Position numbers and translations under genes: made by a program. This document shows positions 53,377-64,000 of a stretch of 64,000 nt of DNA, in pieces (the first letter of the stretch is position 1; every line of letters begins with the position of its first letter). Below the pieces are notes generated by a model. The model had not been told where the DNA came from, searched no databases, and was given only the letters and a program-made list of their open reading frames with translations. The stretch is from Anolis carolinensis (taxonomy: Eukaryota): assembly GCF_035594765.1 (NCBI RefSeq), contig NW_026943828.1, positions 5,175,175-5,239,174 of the forward strand, in the 5' to 3' direction.

Positions 53377-53649
53377 TATAGGACAATGTAAGTATTTGTA
53401 TTTGTTGATGATGATGATTTTGTATGCAATGGCCTGGCCCTGGCCCCACGTCAGCTGCCCTAAATCCCTTCGGGGAGATGGAGGCGGGACACAAAATACC
53501 ATTATTATTACTACAGTAGAGTCTCACTTATCCAACACTCGCTTATCCAACGCATTTTTGTAGTCAATGTTTTCAATACATTGTGATATTTTGGTGCTAA
53601 ATTTGTAAATACAGTAATTACTACATAGCATTACTGTGTATTGAGCTAT

Positions 53650-53882
53650 ATTGCACAGGCCTTTCCCTTGCCCCAGCTTGGAAACATCCATTACGCTTGG
53701 CTAAATACTGGTTGTTGTATGATGAATTATGTATATAATTATGTTCTTTATGATGTTGGTATAAGTATTTTTATTGTGTTATATTTTGACCTTTGTCTGA
53801 TTGGGCTTGGTCCCCATGTAAGGTGCCCTGCGTCCCTTCAGGGAGATGGTGGCGGGATACAAAAAAAATGTAGTAGTAGTTG

Positions 53883-53918
<36 letters not shown>

Positions 53919-53991
53919 GTAGTAGTAGTAGTAGTAGTAGTAATATTGGGGGGGGGGGGAAGTGTGGTACAATGTGGTGTTATACTTTAAA
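53650..53991. repeat. Inverted repeat arm, pairs with 60633-60937; direct homolog at about 7470-7758
   Basis: Reverse-complement match from TATTGCACAGGCCTTTCCC to TATACTTTAAAG. Confidence 0.88.
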
Positions 53992-54269
53992 GGGACCAAC
54001 AAAGTGTTGAACAAAGTGTTCAAAGAATAAGTTTTGTCGGCTTCGACTCGGTCTGGACTAAGGTTTATGTACAAGGTTCTGTGGATGAATGGCTCAAGTA
54101 TTTTGTATTGTTTTAAATCTGTATTTAACTGCTTATGTTTTTATTCTTTTGTATTGTTGTGTATTGGCATCAAATTCTGCCAGTTTTGTAAGCCGCCCTG
54201 AGTCCCTTTGGGTGAGAAGGGCGGGATAGAAATGATGGAAATAAATACATAGAATAAACAAAGAAACAG

Positions 54270-55740
54270 AAGAATGCAAGCAAAATGGTGGATCAGGTGA
54301 AGGTGGTATCGCTCAACTGCCGAGGCCTTGGCTACTCTATAAAGAGAAGATGATTACAAATAATAATAATAATTTATTTCTTATATCCCGCCTCCATCTC
54401 CCCAAGGGGACTCGGGGCGGCTTACATGGGGACAAAGCTCTAAAATCAACAGTTGACATATGCATAAAAACAGTAGAAGTTACAAAATTTAAATACATAG
54501 AAAGAACCAAACAATTTTAAAACTTTAAGATAAAACACATAGGATATCAGTTAGACAGGGGAGTGGGGCTGTTTAGGATTACGTGAGAGGGGCTGATTTG
54601 TGCAAACATGAATAGTGGAACCAGAGTGGGGTAAAGTGCTAGGAGCCGGCAAGGCGATTTGGACTGTATGATGAAAGTGCAGCTGATTATTCTATATAAA
54701 AGCATTAGCAACGAGAAAACAGCTAGAAAAACGTGAGTTAGAAAGGACTCAAAAAGAATTGATATTTTTAAATAGACAATACTTTAAATACAGTAATACA
54801 GAAACTCCAAATTATTAGCCAAAGCAGCACACATTAGAAAGGGAAGAAAATAATAATATCCATTAAAGACAAGGAAGGTAAGAATCATACAAGGATGGAA
54901 GACAAAATATTAGCTTTTCCAAAATTTTATCAAGAACTATACTTGACAAAAGAAAACTCCAAAAGTAAAATAGAGGAATATATTGAGAAATATTGGAAAC
55001 AATAAAGATCCAGAAAACAGATGAATTAGTTATAGAACAATTAATTTCATAAAAAGAGATTGGAGAAATTACAGATAATTTAAAACCCGGGAAGATCCCA
55101 GGAATGGATGGGCTGGGACCGGAATATTATAGAAAAATTAAAACCATATTAATACCTAAATTAAAAGAATTATATAATAATAACAGGAGAGAAGATCCCA
55201 CCATCTCGGGAACAGTCTCTGATTATGTTAATTTTGAAACCTAACAAGGACCCAACAGAACCCGGATCACATAGACCCATTGAGTTAATAAATCAAGATG
55301 CTAAAATTTCAACAGTAATTAAGGCAAAAAGAATGAATGAATTTATATATAAGTATATCAATGAAGATCAATGTGGTTTCATAGCAGGGAGACAAATGTC
55401 AGTTTAATGGGTAGGGTTCTAAATATATTTAATTATCAGGAAAGGAAATTTTAAAAATGAGTCTTTAATTAATTTTCCCCTCCTGTTTTAAAGACTCAAT
55501 TAAATATTTGGGAATAAATGTAGTGAAAAATTAGAAGTTGTAGAGACTAATAATTTTATTAAATGAAGAAAGGAAATAAATATAACATTTTTAGAATACG
55601 CTAAACTCAAATTATCATGCTTTGGAAGAATAGCATTGATTAAGATGAAAATATTACCTTTTTTAAAATTTAGAACGTCACCTATGAAAATTTAAACGTG
55701 GTCTGTAATGGAAATAAAAAGCCAGAATAAATATAACTAA
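54270..55740 (+). mobile_element. Degenerate L1-clade ORF2
   Basis: KIPGMDGLGPEYY, LILKPNKDP.EPGS.RPI.LINQDAKI, DQCGFIAGRQ (early RT domains). Confidence 0.8.
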
Positions 55741-55792
55741 ATGGTACGTAGTCGACGGTTTAGCGGAGCAAGGAAAACTGGAAGGGCCAGAA

Positions 55793-55940
55793 GAGGGGTT
55801 CTCAACCCGGGGTCCCTCCCCAGGTGTGTTTGGCTTACAACTCCCAGAAATCCCAGCCAGTTCAGTTTACCAGCTGTTAGGATTTCTAGGATTGGAAGAC
55901 CAAAAACATCTGGGGAGGGACCCCAGGTCGAGAACCACTG
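55793..55940. mobile_element. hAT MITE
   Basis: AG(G/T)GGTTCTC(A/G)ACC TIRs; 8-bp TSD GGCCAGAA/GGCTAGAA. Confidence 0.8.
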
Positions 55941-56444
55941 GGCTAGAAGAAGAGGATAAGAAATTAGAATGGAAACCAGAGTGTATTTGATAGAAAATAA
56001 AGGAAAGTCTGAAAAGAATTGGTATAATGTACGGAGTAACCCCCTGATATAAATATGAATTTTATTTCTAAACATTATTGGCCATGCCATACTGCTGCCC
56101 TTGACCTGCCTGGCACCTTATATTCGGCCACCCCAACGCTGAACCCTTGACCACTGTCTCCTGGCCCGCTGGTGAAGTATCTTGTCATTGGTTCCCAAGC
56201 CTGTGGTTAATTGATTGATTTGCCTGTTTATTGTACTTATGCTCATTATTGTATTATGTTTTGTTGTTGTATGGTTTTAAGTTGTTGTATGGTGTCCTTG
56301 TTGGAAACTGCCCTGAGTCCCTTGAGGAGACAGATAGGGCGGTATATGATCAAAGTTTTATTATTGTTATTATTATTTATTTGTACCATCTTCCCAAAGG
56401 GGAGCGGCTCACAAAAGTACACAGTTGTGCAGAACACACAGTAA

Positions 56445-56755
56445 GATAAAGGTCAAGGTTTCCCGACATGAAGTCCAGTCGTGTCCGACTCTGGGGGTTG
56501 GGGCTCATCTCCATTTCTAAGACAAAGAGCCGGCATTGTCCGCAGACACCTCCTCGGTCATGTGGCCAGCATGACTGCATGGAGCACTGTTACCTTCCTG
56601 CAGAAGCAGTACCTATTGATCTACTCACATTGGCATGTTTTTCAAACTGCTAGATTGGCAGAAGCTGGGGCTAATAGTGGGAGCTTGCTCTGTTTTCTGG
56701 ATTCGAACCTGCAAATATTTTGGTCAGCAAATTTAGAAGCTCAGCAGTTTAACGA
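56445..56755 (-). mobile_element. Sauria SINE
   Basis: Reverse-complement match to the family. Confidence 0.85.
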
Positions 56756-57499
56756 CTGAAAAGTGGGCCCGTTCAGCCCCGAGAGGGCAGGGCCAGGGCT
56801 TGTGCAGAAGGCGGGTCCTCTCCCTTGATGTCCCCCCCCCGCTCTCCTCCCCCCTCCCAAGGCAGGCACGGGCACCACTCGGCCCGGAAGGTGGATGTGG
56901 CCCCTCAGGCTCTCCCTCTGGCCCCTCCCCACGTCCCCTCCCCTCTGGGCCTCAGGACGCCTTGGTGGCCTCGGTGGGAGTGGGAGTTCTCCTGCATCAG
57001 CCAGTCACCCCGGGACCCCCACCGAGAAGGAAGGAAGGAAGGCCCTGGGACCAGGCTTGGCCCAGAGAAGCCCCGTCGCCGCCTGAAGACCCTGCGGGGA
57101 GTGAGGGGAACGGGCCTGGGTCCGGGGAGGGGCAGTTCTCCACCCGCAGCCAGGAAGGAGGGGACCCGGAGGAGGGCAGGCCTGGACCGGGCTTGGCAGA
57201 CAGGCCCCACACGGGCAGATGTGCCTGGTTTCATAATAGTAATAATAATAATAATAATAGATCTCTATTTATGTCCCACTCTTCTCCCTCTCGGGACCCA
57301 ATGCGGCTGAGAACGTATTGAAATCCCATAAACAACAGAGCAGGTGGATCCTAGAAACACAACGGGAGAGACAGATGAACGGGAGCAGGCCTGGACCAGG
57401 CTTGGCAGACAGGCCCCATATGGGCAGCTGTGCACGCAGGCCTGGTTTAATAACAACAACAACAACAGCAACAAATGTCTATTTATATCCACTGGAGCA

Positions 57500-58090
57500 G
57501 ACCTTCAGGCCCGTGAGGCGTCCTGTGGAGACCCGTCTTGGGAGAAGGGGATTCTGGGAGTTGTAGTCCTCCCTCCCTCCGCCAGCCGAGGACGGGCCTG
57601 CCCCCCCTCCCCTCCCCTGGGCCTCCCCCCCGGGCACCCCAGGAGAGCCCCCCTCCCTCCCTCTCCCCACAGACCTCTCTCTCTCTCGGCCTCTCCGTTC
57701 TCTTCCTTCCCGCCTCACAGACACAGACCAGGCCTCAGGCGAGGCGAGACGCCGCCATCTTCCTCCTCGTCCTCCTCCTTCCCGGAGCCCGCCCCCTCCC
57801 CCTCCCATTGGCTGAGCCCGGGACGCCCCGCCCACCGGAGGCCCCCCATTGGCTGCATTCCTCTCCCCGGCTGTGATGGACGGGCCCAGGCGGGGCTTCG
57901 GTGGGCGGAGAGGGAGGAAGATGGCGGCCGAGAAAGAAGGGACGCGCCTTCCTGGCCGGTGGGTCTCTGTGTCTCCTTCTCGCGTGGGGTCTGGGGGGGG
58001 GAGGGGGTGGGGGGCGAGGGCCAGGCCCCTCTGGGAAGGGAACCCACACCTCCCGGGCTCACCGGGCCCGTCTCCCCAGACCCTGAGAGA
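57500..58090. promoter_or_regulatory. Bidirectional CpG-island promoter between ZF4 (-) and ZF5 (+); inverted paralog of the 33-kb promoter
   Basis: YY1-type motifs at 57752-57761 (-) and 57918-57927 (+); ATTGG at 57807 and 57848; GC boxes. Confidence 0.85.
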
Positions 58091-58091
58091 G

Positions 58092-60632
58092 AGGGTCCCC
58101 AATGCGGCCCTCCGAGCTCATTTACCTGGCCCCCGCCCTCAGTTTTATAATATAATATATTGTATATACATATAATATTGATAATAATATTATAATGTAA
58201 TACAATATAACACTAATAATAATACCATATAATAATATTAAATATATATTCTATATTACATTCGTATAATATTACTAATAATATTGCCTTGCCTTAGGCG
58301 ATCCCTCGTAGCTCGAGGACGATTGTCTTCCATCTTGGGTGTGTGTTCTCATGTGGCTGAAGAGACCGATTCTTGACCCGCATATTCTCCCGCAGTGAGG
58401 ACATCGGTTTCCAGGTGGAAGGCGGTCCCGGTCGGGGCTAGCTTGACGCTCCTTCCTCTTGGCACGTTTCTCCCTTGAGCCCTCCATTTGTGCCTCTTCG
58501 AACTCCGCAGCACTGCTGGTCACAGCTGACCTCCAATTAGAGCGCTCAAGGGCCAGGGCTTCCCAGTTCTCCGTGTCTATGCCACAGTTTTTAAGGTTGG
58601 CTTTGAGCCCATCTTTAAATCTCTTTTCCTGCCCACCAACATTCCGCTTCCCATTCTTGAGTTTGGAGTAGAGTAACAGCTTTGGGAGACGGTGATCTTT
58701 GGGCATTCGGACAACGTGGCCTTTAGTCCAGCGGAGTTGATGGCGTAGGAGCATCGCTTCAATGCTGGTGGTCTTTGCTTCCTCAAGCACGCTGACATTT
58801 GTCCACCTGTCTTCCCAAGAGATTTGCAGGATTTTCCTGAGGCAACGCTGATGGAAATGCTCCAGGAGTTTGGTGTGACGCCTGTACACAGTCCACGTTT
58901 CGCAGGCGTAGAGCAGGGTTGGGAGGACAATGGCTTTGTAAACAAGGACCTTGGTATCACTACGGATGTCCCGGTCATCAAACACTCTCTGCTTCATACG
59001 GAAAAATGCTGCACTCGCAGAGCTCAGGCGGTGTTGTATTTCGGTGTTGATGTTGACTTTTGTGGAGAGGTGGCTGCCAAGGTAGCGGAAATGGTCAACG
59101 TTTTCTAATGTTACACTGTATTCCTGGCTTTGCAGAGGGATTAGCTGGTGTCTGTTGGAAGAGCACTTTGGTTTTCTCGATGTTCAGTGAGAGGCCGAGC
59201 TTCTCGTATGCTTCTGCGAAGGTGTTGAGAGTGGCTTGTAGGTCTTCTTCTGAATGCGCACAGACTACGTTGTCATCAGCATATTGGAGTTCTGTAACAG
59301 ATGTTGTGGTGCCTTGGTTTTGGCTCTCAGTCTGCTGAGGTTAAATAGCTTGCCATCTGTCCGATAGATGATTTCCACTCCGGTGGGAAGCTTCCCATCA
59401 ACAAGGTGAAGTATCATAGCGATGAAGATGGAAAATAAGGTGGGGGCAATAACACACCCCTGCTTGACACCTGATTCCACCTTAAATGGGTCACTTTGGG
59501 AGCCGTTGCTGTCCAAGACTGTTGCCATCATGTCATCATGGAGGAGCCGCAGGATGTTCACAAATTTGTCAGGGCACCCGATTTTTTTCCATCATCAGAT
59601 GGAACCAAAATTCTGAAGGACAAAACATCAATTGCACTACGTTAGAAAGAGCACTACCAGAACCTGCTGAATTGCAGCTCCAATGTGGCCGAAGAGACCC
59701 TCTCACAAATCCCGCAACAACAAACTAGGGATGAGCTTGCAGCACTACCTAGTTTGGAAGAAGTCAGCAATACCATCAGCCAACAAAAAAACAATAAAGC
59801 CAGCGGACCTGATGGGATTCCTGCTGAAATCTTCAAAGGGGGTGGACCTGAGCTGATACAACAACTCCACCAGCTCATTGAAAAGGTGTGGATGACCGAG
59901 AAAATCCCAGCTGACTTCAAGGATGCCACCATCATCACTCTTTTCAAGAAAGGGGACAGAACAGACTGCGGGAACTATCGCGGCATCTCCCTTCAAACCT
60001 CCACCGGGAAAATCCTCGCAAGGATCCTTGCAAACCGCCTTCTCCCTGTTTCAGAAGACACCCTCCCAGAATCCCAGAATGGCTTCCGTCCCTCCAGAGG
60101 AACAGTGGACATGATCTTCACTGCACGACAGCTCCAAGAAAAATGCAGGGAACAAAACCAACCTCTGTCCATGGCATTCATTGACCTTGCAAAGGCATTC
60201 GACACAGTGAATCGCAGCGCTCTCTGGACCATACTAATAATATTACAGTATAGTGGTATAGTTCAATAAAGTAATATATAATGCTAATATTGTGCTATGC
60301 TAATAATATAATATATTGTATGTACATATAATTTGTAAGCCACTCTGAGTCCCCTTTGAGGTGAGAAGAGTGTGATACAAATGTAGTAAATAAATGCAGT
60401 AAATAAATAAATAATAAATAAATACATTTTAGACTTAGGCTCACCCAAAGTCTGAAATGACTTGAAGGCACACAACAACAACAACAACAACAACAACCCT
60501 AATTAACTTGACTATCTCATTGCAGTGTGCATCGGAATTTATTTGTATTTTTAAAAAAAATGAAAATCCGGCCCCTCAACAGTTTGAAGGTTTGTGGACC
60601 GGCCCTCGGCTTAAAAAGTTTGAGGACCCCTG
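58092..60632. mobile_element. hAT non-autonomous element with AT-rich interior, hosting the RTE insertion
   Basis: Damaged left end AGGGTCCCC..ATGCGGCCC; right TIR GTTTGAGGACCCCTG; ends match 28166-28389. Confidence 0.7.
58286..60231 (-). mobile_element. RTE-clade LINE with inverted 5' segment (58286-59588 minus, 59589-60231 plus)
   Basis: RT motifs GVKQGCVIAPTLF and FIDLAKAFD; C-terminal CPHC...H...H; (AAGGC)n tail; 13-bp TSD TACTAATAATATT at 58273-58285 and 60232-60244. Confidence 0.93.
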
Positions 60633-62711
60633 CTTTAAAGTATAACACCACATTGTACCACACTTCCCCCCCCCCAATAATAATAACATCAACAACAACT
60701 ACTACTACTATACTGCATTTTTTTTTGTATCCCGCCACCATCTCCCTGAAGGGACGCAGGGCACCTTACATGGGGACCAAGCCCAATCAGACAAAGGTCA
60801 AAATATAACACAATAAAAATATATATACCACATCATAAAGGACATAATTAAAAACATAATTCATCATACAACAACCAGTATTTAGCCAAGCGTAATGGAC
60901 GTTTCCGAGCTGGGGCAAGGGAAAGGCCTGTGCAATACAGCTGCGAGGGAAGGGCTGATTGCAGAGTGCGAGAGGCCGATGAGAAGTTAAGGCTGGAAGG
61001 GCCAGTCAGGATAGTACAAGCCCAGGACAGGGACAATAGTAAAGTGCAAGTCGAGAATGAAGTTATAGCTAGAGGGATCCAGTCATTTAGTGAACTGAAT
61101 TAATCAAAGGCACATTGGAACAGCCATGTTTTTAGGTCTGTACAAAAAGTGGGCAGGGTGGGCGCTAGACCCAGGAATGTGTGGGCTGGTAAGGAGAAAG
61201 TTCAAAGGCCTTTCCGCATGGAAACCCCTTTTCTCCCCTCCCTCCCTCCCTCCCTCCCAGGCTGCCAGGTTCCCTCCTCTCTCTCCTCTGCCTCCTCCTC
61301 CTCCTCCTCTTCGGTCGGGTGTCCAGGGCCAGGAGCTTCCTTGAGGAAGGAAACAAGGCTGCAGTGGAGGGAGGGAAGCTCATGCTTTTCTGCCGTGGAT
61401 GCGCTGAGGAAGAAGTGCCCGGCTCATCCTCCTTGTCAGTTTCAGCGAAGCATGAGGACCTCTTCGCCCTCACTCAAGTGCAGCCTTGTTCCCTCAGGGA
61501 GGCACCCTCTTTCGTTCAGTCACAAGGACAAGGACTGCAAACGGTGACAGCTGCCTCTCAGCAACACCCGCCTCCCTCCTTCCCTCCCTCACCCGAGTAT
61601 AAGCCAAGGGGGGCTTTTGCAGCATTAAAAACATGCTGAAAAGCCGGCTTATACTTGAGTAATTGTTTGTAGTTCCATCGCTACCATTAGAAACCTTCCT
61701 TCTGTATCTGTCTTAACCATTTGCAGGTGCCAGAGTTTGGGGAGATAGAATACCAGGCCCTTTCTTTTGGAAGTTCCCACGGAAGCCCATTCTTCTCCCA
61801 GTCGTTTTTGTTTTCAGCCGTACAGAATCAAGGGATAACTTTTCAGGCCCTTGACGGTTCTTCCCAAAGGCATCCAAGGAAGACCTTTTCTCTCCGTGGC
61901 CTCCAGTTTTCTTCGGATTTCCCCTGGATGGAGGAAAAAGAAGGAAAGGGGGAAGTGGGCAAAGGTGAAGGGAGTCGGCAGGAAGGAGGCTTTGTGGCTG
62001 GAGCTGTGCCTGTCTTTGCATCTCATCATGGGGTCTACAGAGGGAATGCATGAGTGCCTGAATGGAACTTAGTTCAGCATGGACTCAATTTGTGAACGTG
62101 GTTGTGAATTAGCCAGTTGGGAAGGCAGGTCCTTCTTAGTTTGGAAGATTCATTTGGGAAATGTGGCCGGAGTGACCCTTTGAGATGCTGAGGAAGCAGA
62201 GTTGGGGGTCCCTGTGGCAGGGGAGATAATGACACAACCAATAAAGAAATCCTTGTTCCTTTGAGCATTTAGCACAATACTGGTAATTCACAGAAATCCA
62301 TGATCCAGAATATGTTACACCCTTGAATGTTGGGAGGAATTCTGACCCAATGAAATGGGTGTGTCCCTCCAATATGGGGAAAAGGTTCAGTTCCCTCCTT
62401 CTGTGATTCCTTCCTTCTCTTATCCTCTCCTTCTGTGTTTCCTCCCTTCCATCTTTCCTTTCTTCTTTCCTTTTTCGCCTTGTTTGCCTTGAGCCTGAGA
62501 TATGCGGCTTCATGTCTAACCTTTTGCTTCTTCTTTTTTGACCAGGACGTGAGAGTTCTCTGGAGCCACCCCTGCCGTGATGGGAAACGAACCAGCTTCT
62601 AGTCGATATTAAGGATTTTGGAAACCAAGTGTAGTAAGGAAACCAGTCCTCTAGGAAAAAGGATTCCTCTCAAGGGGCTGATCCTGCTGAATCCCTACAT
62701 TCACTTTGGAT

Positions 62712-64000
<1,289 letters not shown>

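Noticed and set aside
57344-58150. Long Pro/Gly/Arg-rich ORFs in CpG islands (also 32650-33610, 13480-14410)
   Set aside because: Expected from GC richness; frames are not conserved between the paralogous islands.
61721-62072. Possible coding exon after the acceptor at 61726
   Set aside because: No domain recognised, frame not preserved in the ZF1 copy and the segment is absent upstream of ZF3; at most untranslated.

Overview
Eukaryotic (squamate, most likely Anolis-type lizard) genomic DNA, judged from Sauria SINEs, Bov-B, L2, CR1, R4/Dong, Vingi and Helitron repeats. The window holds a tandem and inverted duplicated cluster of five C2H2 zinc-finger arrays: ZF1 (-, 17 units), ZF2 (-, 18), ZF3 (+, 13), ZF4 (-, 16) and ZF5 (+, at least 11, runs off the window). 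They lie around three CpG-island promoters (about 13.5, 33.2 and 57.8 kb), two of them between head-to-head gene pairs. The left end is the 5' half of a Ty3/Gypsy LTR element with an 11-nt Tf1-type self-priming signal. Main observations: (1) the arrays behave like 84-bp minisatellites that share finger cassettes between paralogs; (2) all five appear to have lost their N-terminal effector through a shared CR1 insertion and decayed linker, probably leaving finger-only proteins; (3) the +1 frame of the arrays is long, open and matches the LRR motif LxxLxLxxNxL every 28 aa; (4) the promoter between ZF4 and ZF5 is flipped between about 330-bp inverted repeats; (5) an RTE LINE has a twin-priming 5' inversion with a 13-bp TSD. 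Repeat family names come from motif recognition, not database searches. Repeat boundaries are approximate unless a TSD or terminus is quoted.
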